Below the pieces are notes generated by a model. That model was given only the letters and a program-made list of their open reading frames with translations. It had not been told where the DNA came from and did not search any database. From an uncultured Candidatus Saccharibacteria bacterium (GTDB lineage Bacteria; Patescibacteriota; Minisyncoccia; Phycocordibacterales; UBA1006): DNA of 64,000 bases. The translations under genes and the position numbers were made by a program. Numbering within the stretch: position 1 is the first letter of the stretch; each line of letters begins with the position of its first letter. The stretch covers positions 3,929 through 67,928 of the forward strand of contig CAYXKF010000004.1 of assembly GCA_964464735.1 (NCBI GenBank). The letters are read 5' to 3'. This document shows positions 1 through 9,147 of the stretch, in pieces.

Positions 1-34
1 CAGTTTTGGCATTGCCGTGTTTCGTTTTGCATGA

Positions 35-1786
35 CTAATGAAGTTCTTGCTGATAACAGTGATCGCAATAAATAACCCCGTCATTTGAATCATATACTGT
101 CTTAAACATATTAGGGCATGCATCGGTGCCATGGTTATGCATTCCAGTATTGGCATGAACACCTGCTTCGTCCTTTACCCCTTTACAGTGACATTGTTCG
201 TCCTTTAAGCGAAAACCTTTCATTACTGCCAGTCGTTCATACGTACGGCAGTTTGGACAGGTATCAGGCAGCGGTATCCCTAATTTTGAATACAACTGAA
301 GTTCTTGCTCAATAAGCCGAAATGCCGTCGTACATTTGCCATGGGTGGCATCCCCTTTATTCTTGCATTCTAAAACTTTGCCTACCAAAAAATCATTTTC
401 TGTAATTACATCAGGAATATCTTCATACTTATAGTCGGGAGAATACGCCCGCTCTTCTTGCTCTTTCCACTTCAAGCCACCAGCCAGCACAGCATCTTTC
501 GTAAGCGGAATCCAATCAGCAGCCATCGTCTCATTGTATGCATATGGACTAAGAGTCATAGGGAAAAACTCGCCCCATTCGCCGGTCGCAAGCATATGAT
601 CTTTTATCTTTTGATAAAGTGTTTGGTATTCTTCTTTCGAATAGCGCTTATTCAAAATACTAAATTCCCCTTTCTTTAAACCAATGCATCCAAGCAACTC
701 GTTCCCCGAATGGCAGTAATCCGAATAGTGGACATTCTTTCCTTTTAGGCAAAATACAACAACCATACTTCCATATGATTCGTCGGCAGTTGCGGTTTCA
801 TACGCCAGCTCCGCACGTCCGGTTACCGAGGCATCGTAACAATTTTTACCGCTATCGCCCATAAATAGATATTTACCATCCTCGAAGTCGCGATGGAAAA
901 AGGTTTCTTTGGCATTTTTACAGTTGACTAACACGTCGCCAGTACAATTGACACACTGGATCATATTTGCATACGGGCGCGGATGCACGCGGATCATTTC
1001 GGCAAGCTCAGTATGATATCCATTGATTGCCGCGCGTGAATTAAGCATCATTTCTTTTTTCTTTTGTTCGTATTCTTCTTTCGAATATCCTACGTTTCGA
1101 ATGTGATATTTTTTGTTGCGAAGGCCGACACACAAAATACAATCGGAACAGCCTTTCAGGTCGTGTGACAAATAGCAGTCGGTACAGCTGAAAGAATAGC
1201 GGCAATAAGCGCACCGGGCACATTTTTCTAGCCGGATACCCTGGCAACACATTTCGCTATGATACGTATACAACCCATCAATACTGTCTTTCACCCAACC
1301 CGTCATATACGAATACGCGACATTTTCAAGCTCCCATGCACAGACCGAAAGGTAGCAATTTTTAGAATAAAAATGGTCATAGGTGTATTCGCAGTTCGTA
1401 CTCCCAACGCCATCATCGTTGACCATGGCAATGCGCGGCACTACTGAATAAAGTTCTTTAAATTGCTCGAAGAAGGGTCGGGTAAAATCAAAGTCCCGAG
1501 CATAATTGTGGCCGCTCCAATCATCACTCCACCAGCAGTGATGGCAATATACCGGAAATGGCGAATTAGCCGGATATGTCGCAATAATATTTTTTGAGCA
1601 CCTATCGCACGTGCGCCGATAATACGAGCGCTCGTTACGATGGACAAGCCGCCGCTGCAGCCGGCATGCCGGACATAATTTTGGCGCAGGTACACCGATT
1701 TTTTCATAAAATCCAAAATCGTCGGGCTCGATGATAAATTGTCCCTTACAATTTGCACAGCTGCGTGTTTCACTTTGCATGCCCAT
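35..1786 (-). CDS. Cys-rich multi-zinc-ribbon protein (CPR family), solitary paralog of the array at 33233-45247
   Basis: N-terminal CANCKGQFIIEPDDFGFYEKIGVPAPKLCPAC ribbon, WWSDDW...DFDFTRPFFEQF, two CxGLxxxx..NxxYSKEEY motifs, GEFFP, C-terminal YCDHCYQQE; start trimmed to ATG at 1786 (or 1780) to match paralog N-termini. Confidence 0.85.
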   Translation of the reverse strand: MGMQSETRSCANCKGQFIIEPDDFGFYEKIGVPAPKLCPACRLQRRLVHRNERSYYRRTCDRCSKNIIATYPANSPFPVYCHHCWWSDDWSGHNYARDFDFTRPFFEQFKELYSVVPRIAMVNDDGVGSTNCEYTYDHFYSKNCYLSVCAWELENVAYSYMTGWVKDSIDGLYTYHSEMCCQGIRLEKCARCAYCRYSFSCTDCYLSHDLKGCSDCILCVGLRNKKYHIRNVGYSKEEYEQKKKEMMLNSRAAINGYHTELAEMIRVHPRPYANMIQCVNCTGDVLVNCKNAKETFFHRDFEDGKYLFMGDSGKNCYDASVTGRAELAYETATADESYGSMVVVFCLKGKNVHYSDYCHSGNELLGCIGLKKGEFSILNKRYSKEEYQTLYQKIKDHMLATGEWGEFFPMTLSPYAYNETMAADWIPLTKDAVLAGGLKWKEQEERAYSPDYKYEDIPDVITENDFLVGKVLECKNKGDATHGKCTTAFRLIEQELQLYSKLGIPLPDTCPNCRTYERLAVMKGFRLKDEQCHCKGVKDEAGVHANTGMHNHGTDACPNMFKTVYDSNDGVIYCDHCYQQELH

Positions 1787-1829
1787 AGTATATATCAAAT
1801 TTATATTGCGCAAAACAAAAACCGCCCGA

Positions 1830-2171
1830 TTAGGCGATTTTTGTGATCTTTACTTTTGTAAATGGTTGGCGGTGTCCGTAGCGGCGGTGATAGTTAGACT
1901 TTGCGCGAAATCGCTGGACCAAAATCTTCTTTCCTCGGCCTTCTTCCATAACCATGCCTGACACAGTGCTCGTTAGGTATGGAGACCCGACAGTGCTGGT
2001 TCCTGCTGCAGTGTTGGCAGTAAGGATAACCTTATCAAATACGACAGTCCTGTCATCCTTGATAGATTTTGCTGGAAGCTTCTCGATAGTGATGGTTGCC
2101 CCTTCTGATACCAAGTATTGCTTTCCGCCGGTCTCGATAACCGCGATTTGTGATGCTGTTTTCTTTGCCAT
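1830..2171 (-). CDS. rplU: 50S ribosomal protein L21
   Basis: AVIETGGKQYLV...YGHRQPFTKVKI; start at ATG 2171 behind TGCTACAGT. Confidence 0.97.
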   Translation of the reverse strand: MAKKTASQIAVIETGGKQYLVSEGATITIEKLPAKSIKDDRTVVFDKVILTANTAAGTSTVGSPYLTSTVSGMVMEEGRGKKILVQRFRAKSNYHRRYGHRQPFTKVKITKIA

Positions 2172-2281
2172 ATGGCGGCTACTGTAGCACGTCTTGGCAA
2201 AAAGCGCAAGACACGACGTTTTACCCATACCTATAGGCAAATCGCTTTAAAAGCCATGCCTGATATGGTAAAATTGCGGCC

Positions 2282-3196
2282 ATGGTAGAAAAACATACTT
2301 TTGGCCCTGTTACTTGGATCGACATCGATTCGCCGACCTCAAGCGATATTGAAAACGCAACAAAAGATAATTTAGTGATGAGCGAAGCTTTGGTGAACGA
2401 ACTGTTGTTTCCAAGCCCGCGCGGACGCCTTTTTAAGGACGGCGAAGCATTATGCATTACGCTGCACTTTCCTATTGTCTCGTACCACCACAGCAATACG
2501 CACGTCGAGGAAATTGATTTTGTCATCACTCACGACCATCTAATCACGACCCGTTTTTGCGATGTCATGCCTCTGCACGAAGTGCGCCGTAAGTTAACAG
2601 TTGCCCAAGAACTTAACCGTTTGCCGTTTCATAGCGGTTTTGACTTATTTGCAATCGTGATCAGCGAGCTGTATAGCGCCATGGACCCAGAACTGTTAAA
2701 AGTTGACCGCTATATTGTTGATGCCGAAAAAAATATTTACGAGGGAAACCAAAAACTAGCCGTCGAACAAATTTCGCGCACGACCAAACGCATTATGAAC
2801 TTCCGTCGTGCACTGCAATACCACCCCGAAGTATTTATTGCGTACCGACAACTGATTGCAAGCGGGCATGCACCTACGTCGACCCAAATTATCGACCAGT
2901 TGATTCATGAATCAACACGACTGGTTTCGATGGTTGATGAACAAAAAGCAACAATCGAAGAATTTGCCGAAACAAATAAGACTCTTTTGTCGACCCACAA
3001 CGAAAACGTTATGAAAGTCTTTACCATTCTTGCATTCATTACCTTCCCCTTGACCTTGCTGGTAAGCATCTTGGCGCTCAATGAAAAAGTGCATGCGTTT
3101 GCCAATACCATCGAAGGTACTATGACTCTTATTGGTATCTCAATTATTGTTGCCGTCGCTATGATGATTTACTTTAAGCATAAAAAATGGATCTAA
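2282..3196 (+). CDS. CorA family divalent cation transporter
   Basis: WIDIDSPT, NENVMKVFTILAFITFPLTLL, two C-terminal TM helices, KKWI end; the GMN motif is diverged (ALN). Confidence 0.85.
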   Translation: MVEKHTFGPVTWIDIDSPTSSDIENATKDNLVMSEALVNELLFPSPRGRLFKDGEALCITLHFPIVSYHHSNTHVEEIDFVITHDHLITTRFCDVMPLHEVRRKLTVAQELNRLPFHSGFDLFAIVISELYSAMDPELLKVDRYIVDAEKNIYEGNQKLAVEQISRTTKRIMNFRRALQYHPEVFIAYRQLIASGHAPTSTQIIDQLIHESTRLVSMVDEQKATIEEFAETNKTLLSTHNENVMKVFTILAFITFPLTLLVSILALNEKVHAFANTIEGTMTLIGISIIVAVAMMIYFKHKKWI

Positions 3197-3197
3197 C

Positions 3198-4616
3198 ATG
3201 AAACCGATTCGCCTAACTAATACGCTCAGCAAACAAAAAGAAGTATTTACACCGATCACCGGCGGCAAAGTTGGCATGTACCATTGCGGGCCGACGGTAT
3301 ACTGGACACAACATATTGGCAACATGCGTGCGGTAACCATTTCTGATATTGTGCGCCGAGTATTCAAATACAACGGGTATGATGTCACCTTAGTACGAAA
3401 TTATACTGATGTTGGCCACTTAACCGGCGACAATATTGGCGATGCCGATACGGGCGAAGACCGTATGACCAAGGCAGTGCGACGCGAGAACCTGACGCCC
3501 GACGAAATCGCAAACAAATATATTGCGGTTTACAACAACGACATCGCAAGTCTAAATGTTATTCCTCCAAGCCACGATCCGCGTGCAACCGATTACATTC
3601 AACAAATGATAGAACTGGTCAGCGAGCTTTTGAAAACAGGCCATGCCTATACAACCGATTACGCGGTATACTTTGATGTTTCAACTTTCCCCGACTACAC
3701 CAAACTGTCTGGGCAAGAATTAAGCAAACTTGAGGCTGGCGAAGGGCATGGAACAGTTACCGACAACAACAAAAAGAATCCAAACGACTTTGCATTATGG
3801 TTTTTTAAAGCCGGATCACACGCAAATGCTTTGCAAACATGGCAGTCCCCTTTTAGCTCGCCACTGGTTCAAAACGGCGAAGGGTTTCCTGGTTGGCACA
3901 TTGAATGTTCGGCAATGAGCAAAGCATTTTTAGGAAACACCTTTGACATTCACATGGGCGGAATCGAACATATTCCGATTCATCACACTAACGAAATTGC
4001 CCAAAGCGAATGTGCAAACCATGCACACTTTGTAAACTATTGGCTGCATAACGAACACTTACTTGTCGACAATAAAAAAATGGCAAAGTCCGAAGGTACT
4101 TCGTATACCATTGCCGACATTACTGGAAAAGGATTTAGCCCAATGGCACTTCGATACTTTTTTTTGCAATCACACTATCGGTCAAAGCAAAACTTTACCT
4201 GGGAAGCACTTGAAGCGTCGCAAACTGCATATAAAAAACTTAAAGCCACTGTGGTCGCTTTGCCGCACAATGGAGCAATCAACGACACCTACAAAGATCG
4301 CTTTTTAGAAGCAATAAACGATGACATCAATATTTCTGCTGGCCTGGCAGTTGTTTGGGAATTATTAAAAGACACCAGTGTTTCGGATGCCGACAAAAAA
4401 GCAACTATTTTGGATATTGATACGGTGCTTGGATTAAACTTAGACGAAGTTGAAACAATTGAAATTCCCGCCGAAGTTCAAAAACTATTAGACGAACGCA
4501 AAGTTGCCCGCGAACAAAAAGATTTCAAAAAATCAGACGAACTACGCGATCAAATCAAAGCGCTTGGATTCGAAGTAAAAGATTCAGCAGACGGCCAAAG
4601 TATTTCAAAACTGTAA
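3198..4616 (+). CDS. cysS: cysteine--tRNA ligase
   Basis: CGPTVY, HIGN, PGWHIECSAM, HHTNEIAQSE, KMAKS. Confidence 0.98.
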   Translation: MKPIRLTNTLSKQKEVFTPITGGKVGMYHCGPTVYWTQHIGNMRAVTISDIVRRVFKYNGYDVTLVRNYTDVGHLTGDNIGDADTGEDRMTKAVRRENLTPDEIANKYIAVYNNDIASLNVIPPSHDPRATDYIQQMIELVSELLKTGHAYTTDYAVYFDVSTFPDYTKLSGQELSKLEAGEGHGTVTDNNKKNPNDFALWFFKAGSHANALQTWQSPFSSPLVQNGEGFPGWHIECSAMSKAFLGNTFDIHMGGIEHIPIHHTNEIAQSECANHAHFVNYWLHNEHLLVDNKKMAKSEGTSYTIADITGKGFSPMALRYFFLQSHYRSKQNFTWEALEASQTAYKKLKATVVALPHNGAINDTYKDRFLEAINDDINISAGLAVVWELLKDTSVSDADKKATILDIDTVLGLNLDEVETIEIPAEVQKLLDERKVAREQKDFKKSDELRDQIKALGFEVKDSADGQSISKL

Positions 4617-5165
4617 TTATTTTTCAGTACTTATTTCAAACGACACCGGACAGCCAATTATCGAGGCAAGCTTTTCAACCGGAATAACGCCGGTTAGTTC
4701 GCTGCCATCAGGAAAGCGCCACGTCGGATACGCCATAACTTTTTGGGCTTTGCATTCTTCGGTCTGACCATTACCATCAGGAGCCGAGCATTCAACATAC
4801 GGAAGGTCGGTATAAGTTGTTTTAAACAATGCTTTTTGCTGCGCACAATGCGGGCACCAAGAAGCGCCGTAAAACAACACACCGTTTTGTTTTAGACACT
4901 GGGCAGTATTCATAACAACCCGTGGTTGCACTGGTACTGCTTCTGTTTTTTCAGTTACGGTAATTTGTTCGGGAGCTATTGGCAAAACAGCATCATCTGA
5001 ACTTAGCACAATCCGCGAATCAAGCGCAGGTGGAATTTCCCAGACCTTATCTTGAACCTTAGGCTTGAACCACGTAAAAGGATTCCACCACACAGCCAAT
5101 GCGACTGATGGTACGGTGGCAATAATCACAACTGCGGCTAATAAAAACGAGAAATGCTTTTTCAT
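4617..5165 (-). CDS. exported thioredoxin-fold protein (resembles the VKOR-partner thioredoxin domain)
   Basis: signal peptide, FYGASWCPHCAQQK, YVEC, AYPTW. Confidence 0.8.
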   Translation of the reverse strand: MKKHFSFLLAAVVIIATVPSVALAVWWNPFTWFKPKVQDKVWEIPPALDSRIVLSSDDAVLPIAPEQITVTEKTEAVPVQPRVVMNTAQCLKQNGVLFYGASWCPHCAQQKALFKTTYTDLPYVECSAPDGNGQTEECKAQKVMAYPTWRFPDGSELTGVIPVEKLASIIGCPVSFEISTEK

Positions 5166-5197
5166 ATAGATAAACAGTAACGCATTTGTACAAAAAA

Positions 5198-6373
5198 TCA
5201 ATGATGATGGCCCGCGTGCTCGATAAGCCTAGTCTCGCTTTCGATCTGTTCGCTGCTTCCCACTTCGGATTTTTTAATAAGCATCCATGATGCAATAAAG
5301 GTCGTTATTGGTACTGCCAAAATAAGCCCGATTGATCCGACCAAAATACGCACAATTTCGGTTGCAAACATTTCTTGGTTGATAATTGGTACCGAATTGC
5401 CCATCGCACCAGTGTGTGAAGAACTATAAAACTGAAGCAGTAATAAAAGTGGCAGTGACGCACCGACGTACGCGATCGCCAAAGTATCAACCAATGCGCC
5501 AATATGCTCGCGACCCATACGGATTGCGCGCTTATAAATTGAAGTGCGCGGAATATGCGGCGCGATCTTGTGAAGTTCCTCGACTGAAATTGCCTGACTA
5601 ATTGCAATATCGTATAGCACACCCAAAAGTCCGATCATGATTCCGCCAAACAATAATCCGGCAAAATCAATCTTATTGGGAATTGCCGCGCTTAGATAAA
5701 TGGCTTCTTCGTCACCTAATCCGGTTAAGTGCCCAAAGTGCATCGCACCGTACGCAAGCAACCCGGCAAAAACAACTGTCCCCAACATGCCCAAAACCGC
5801 TGCGCTGGTTGTCTTGTTAAATCCATGCGTAATGTATGATCCTACGACAATAATGACGGATGCCACAACAATACTTACCAGCACCGGCGAATAGCCGTGC
5901 AATATTGCCGGCATCAAAACGTATAAAATCAATACGATGCTTCCAGCCAAACTAACCAGTCCGCGAATACCCTGCATGCCGCCAAAAATAACAACCGCAA
6001 GCAAGAACAGTGCCAACAAAACATACAAGGCGCCCATACGATTGTAATCATGGACGGTATAGGTGTTTTGGTATGGCTCTTCAAAGTTTTGAGTATGGAT
6101 AAGATAAAACACGTCGCCCGTTTTAAGCGGCATGTAATCATTATGTACGGTTATTTCTTTTCCTTTTTCTTCCTTGTTAATGATCTTTGCGCTGACGGTT
6201 TGATCAACTAGTTCGACGCCCAAGATATCGTCGTTTGCTATCGGATTATCAACAACCGATATCACTTTTGCACGAAGGGTAGTATTAACTACAGTACCTG
6301 CATACGCCGTTTGATACGAAGAAAAAAAGCCCAACCCAACAACCAGCAATGCTATGGCGCACAGATATTTCAT
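5198..6373 (-). CDS. YibE/F family membrane protein
   Basis: GLLGVLYDIAISQ, GREHIGALVDTLAIAYVGASLP, EIVRILVGSIGLILAVPIT. Confidence 0.9.
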   Translation of the reverse strand: MKYLCAIALLVVGLGFFSSYQTAYAGTVVNTTLRAKVISVVDNPIANDDILGVELVDQTVSAKIINKEEKGKEITVHNDYMPLKTGDVFYLIHTQNFEEPYQNTYTVHDYNRMGALYVLLALFLLAVVIFGGMQGIRGLVSLAGSIVLILYVLMPAILHGYSPVLVSIVVASVIIVVGSYITHGFNKTTSAAVLGMLGTVVFAGLLAYGAMHFGHLTGLGDEEAIYLSAAIPNKIDFAGLLFGGIMIGLLGVLYDIAISQAISVEELHKIAPHIPRTSIYKRAIRMGREHIGALVDTLAIAYVGASLPLLLLLQFYSSSHTGAMGNSVPIINQEMFATEIVRILVGSIGLILAVPITTFIASWMLIKKSEVGSSEQIESETRLIEHAGHHH

Positions 6374-6391
6374 ACAGTCAGTGTATGAAAA

Positions 6392-7141
6392 TTATTCAAC
6401 CAATACAAGTGCCGCCATTGCCGCAACACCAACACATACCGCAATAAACTGAAGAATAGTTTGTTTTGTTCCTTTGGCTTGATGCAATTCGGGAATCAAG
6501 TCAGCCGCGGCAATATAAATAAATCCTCCGGCGGCGATTGGCAAAAACCACAAGCTTGCACTTTGTGCAGCGCTTCCCAAAATAAAAGCGACAACGACAC
6601 CCAATACTGCGCTTAGGGCAGAGACAAAGTTAAGCAATAGCGCTTTACCGCGCGCATAGCCTGCATGAATCAAAACGCCAAAATCCCCGATTTCTTGCGG
6701 AATCTCGTGCAAGATAATGGCAATTGTTGTCGCAATACCAAGCTCGACGCTGACCATATAGCTTGAGGCCAACACAAGCCCATCGATAAAATTATGCAAG
6801 CCATCGGATACCAAAACCATCTTTCCGCTGTGGTGCACATGTGCGTGGCCGTCGTCGGCACCGTGATGGTGCCAATGAAAGAATTTTTCAAGCAAAAAAA
6901 ACAACAGCATGCCGCCGATAATCAAAAGCGAAATGACAAAACCATTTGACGCTTGCTCGAACGCTTCGGGAATCAAATGAATGAACGCGTCGCCCAAAAG
7001 CGCACCAACGGCAAGACTTACCATAAAGAACACATATTTTTTAATGCGATCTTCTTTAAGCGACAAGGTTGCAATGCCGATAAACGAAACAAGGCTTATG
7101 ATAATGACACTGGCGAACGCATAGATGTAAGTTATAGCCAT
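6392..7141 (-). CDS. ZIP family zinc/metal transporter
   Basis: HLIPEA, His-rich loop HWHHHGADDGHAHVHH, LHNFIDG, HEIPQEIGDF; start at ATG 7141. Confidence 0.93.
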   Translation of the reverse strand: MAITYIYAFASVIIISLVSFIGIATLSLKEDRIKKYVFFMVSLAVGALLGDAFIHLIPEAFEQASNGFVISLLIIGGMLLFFLLEKFFHWHHHGADDGHAHVHHSGKMVLVSDGLHNFIDGLVLASSYMVSVELGIATTIAIILHEIPQEIGDFGVLIHAGYARGKALLLNFVSALSAVLGVVVAFILGSAAQSASLWFLPIAAGGFIYIAAADLIPELHQAKGTKQTILQFIAVCVGVAAMAALVLVE

Positions 7142-7171
7142 ACCCTTACAGTATACACAGTATTTTAATAG

Positions 7172-7188
7172 ATGCAAATCATTTGCAT
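7172..7188. promoter_or_regulatory. putative Fur/Zur operator, perfect 8-1-8 palindrome ATGCAAAT-C-ATTTGCAT
   Basis: sits in the 82-bp gap between the divergent ZIP and Fur-family genes. Confidence 0.65.
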
Positions 7189-7223
7189 TTACAATGTATC
7201 CAGTATTTGCTACACTTATACAT

Positions 7224-7625
7224 ATGGAAGACATCAAAGCATTACTAAAAGAAGCAAAACTAAAAGTTACTCCTGCGCGCTTAGCCATACTAGAGGCACT
7301 TCACGCATCAAAAAAACCGCTTTCGGTACAAGATCTTATGAAGTCGCTGAAAGGTATTGATTCGGTTACCCTGTATCGCACGCTTGAATCATTTGCCGAC
7401 AAAAATATCATTGCGCGCATTTTGATTTCGCAAGACCGCGCGCATTACGAATTTGTGCATCATCACCATCATCACATCGTATGTACCAAGTGCGGCTTGG
7501 TCGACGATATTCCCCACTGCGTCATGGATATGATTGAAAAGGATGCGCTTAAGCATGCAAAAAACTTTAAAGCGATTTCGTCGCATAGCCTTGAGTATTT
7601 TGGAGTCTGCAAAAAATGCGCGTAG
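7224..7625 (+). CDS. Fur family transcriptional regulator (probably Zur-like)
   Basis: KVTPARLAIL, VTLYRTL, HHHHHHIVCTKCG, GVCKKC; divergent from the ZIP transporter. Confidence 0.92.
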   Translation: MEDIKALLKEAKLKVTPARLAILEALHASKKPLSVQDLMKSLKGIDSVTLYRTLESFADKNIIARILISQDRAHYEFVHHHHHHIVCTKCGLVDDIPHCVMDMIEKDALKHAKNFKAISSHSLEYFGVCKKCA

Positions 7626-7672
7626 CACTTGTTAATTATCTAAAAACTTTTTAAATAAAAGAACTTTAGAGA

Positions 7673-7700
7673 TTGACATTTTATAGGTATATGCTATAAT
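7673..7700 (+). promoter_or_regulatory. consensus sigma70 promoter (TTGACA-16 bp-TATAAT, with extended -10 TG)
   Basis: TTGACA at 7673-7678, TG at 7692-7693, TATAAT at 7695-7700. Confidence 0.75.
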
Positions 7701-7776
7701 ACAATAAAATAAGTTAGCGAAACCCATGGTTTACATTTATTGGAGATCATAGGTTTCGCTAACTAAAACAACTCAA

Positions 7777-8049
7777 ATGAAAAAGCTTACTCCGTTAATT
7801 AGCATTTTCTTCCTACTTCTTTTTATGTCTTCTTGTACTGAACAAAGAAGAGCAAGAAAATGGGGAGGCACAACGCAGATTAATTTACCTAAGGGTAAAA
7901 AATTAATCAATATAACATGGAAAGATAGTAACATATGGTATTTAACCAGAGACATGACACTCGCTGATTCGGCTCAAACATACGAATTTTCCGAATCCAG
8001 CAGCTGGGGCATGATGAATGGGACAATAACCATCACTGAACAAAAATAA
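7777..8049 (+). CDS. small lipoprotein, phage-like
   Basis: lipobox-like FMSSC after a hydrophobic stretch; GGTTQINLPKGKKLINITWKDSNIWYLTR; AT-rich. Confidence 0.7.
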   Translation: MKKLTPLISIFFLLLFMSSCTEQRRARKWGGTTQINLPKGKKLINITWKDSNIWYLTRDMTLADSAQTYEFSESSSWGMMNGTITITEQK

Positions 8050-8065
8050 CTTTCCCGTTTCAATT

Positions 8066-8102
8066 AATAAAAAAGTTCTCCGCTAAGGAGAACTTTTTTA
8101 TT
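8066..8102. terminator. bidirectional intrinsic terminator
   Basis: AATAAAAAAGTTCTCC-GCTAA-GGAGAACTTTTTTATT between convergent genes. Confidence 0.8.
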
Positions 8103-8992
8103 TAATATCCTTCGTTTTTCAACTCTTCGATAGCCTCTTTGGCCCTTTTAGAAAGTTTTTGTGGCATATCGATGGCAATGTATACCAAAAGATCCCCTGT
8201 TCCCCAGTTGCCGCCCGGAACACCTTTTCCTTTTACACGAACCACTTGCCCATGGCTTATGCCGGCAGGAATACTAATTTCAAATTGCTTTCCATCAGGA
8301 GTCGTGAGCATGCGCTTTGCACCAAGCAATGCTTCTGAAAGCTTAAGTGAAATATCAGTTGCCAAATGCTTGCCCTCAAGGCGAAATGTTTTGTCTTCGG
8401 CAACATCAACAACAATAAACAAGTCACCCGACTTGCCGCCTTCGACTTTTTCGCCAAAGCCAGTTACCTTAAGACGCGCCCCGCGTTGCGATCCGGGTGG
8501 AATATCGATCGTCACTTGTTCTTCTTTTTCGCCTTGCGGGATTGTGATCTTCTTTTTTGCTCCATACACCGCTTCGGCAAACGAAAGCTGAATTACTGTC
8601 TCGTAATTTCGTCCTCGACGAACACGGCGTCCGCCATGACCGCCAAATCCAAAACCAAACTGCGAAAAGATATCTTCCATGTCGCCAAAATCAAATTCCA
8701 CACCGCCTTGGCCGTTAAATCCGCCGAATCCCGAAAAGTCGAAACCTTGCCCGTTAAAGCCGCCCGTACCACCGAAGCCTTGCGGACCATCCGAACCAAA
8801 CCGATCATACTGCGCTCGTTTTTGCTTATCGGATAGCGTCTGATATGCTTCGTTTACTTCTTTAAACTTAGCTTCGTCGCCGGTTTTTTTATCCGGATGG
8901 TATTCTTGAGCTTTTTTATAAAACGCTTTCTTAAGCTCGCTCTCGTTAGCGTTTTTATCAACTCCTAAAATTTTGTAATAATCTTTTGACAT
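8102..8992 (-). CDS. dnaJ: DnaJ-family chaperone lacking the zinc-finger domain (class B/CbpA-like)
   Basis: J domain with HPD, G/F-rich region, C-terminal domain; no CxxCxGxG repeats; downstream of dnaK. Confidence 0.9.
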   Translation of the reverse strand: MSKDYYKILGVDKNANESELKKAFYKKAQEYHPDKKTGDEAKFKEVNEAYQTLSDKQKRAQYDRFGSDGPQGFGGTGGFNGQGFDFSGFGGFNGQGGVEFDFGDMEDIFSQFGFGFGGHGGRRVRRGRNYETVIQLSFAEAVYGAKKKITIPQGEKEEQVTIDIPPGSQRGARLKVTGFGEKVEGGKSGDLFIVVDVAEDKTFRLEGKHLATDISLKLSEALLGAKRMLTTPDGKQFEISIPAGISHGQVVRVKGKGVPGGNWGTGDLLVYIAIDMPQKLSKRAKEAIEELKNEGY

Positions 8993-9041
8993 GTAATTAA
9001 ATTAAAGTGAATCCGAGATTAAATCTTCAGAAATATTATCC

Positions 9042-9138
9042 GTCGCAGCTTTTTCCAGGGGCTCGCCGCAGAGGCTTGGCCTCGAGGCAAACGATTTTTT
9101 CCAGCAGGAAAATATTCGGCTCCCTGGAAAAGCTCGAC
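9042..9138. repeat. structured intergenic element, copy A (three-way junction)
   Basis: outer stem TTTTCCAGGG/CCCTGGAAAA; 60-nt core matches 25996-26055 at 44/60 positions with compensatory changes. Confidence 0.7.
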
Positions 9139-9147
9139 TAAAACTGC

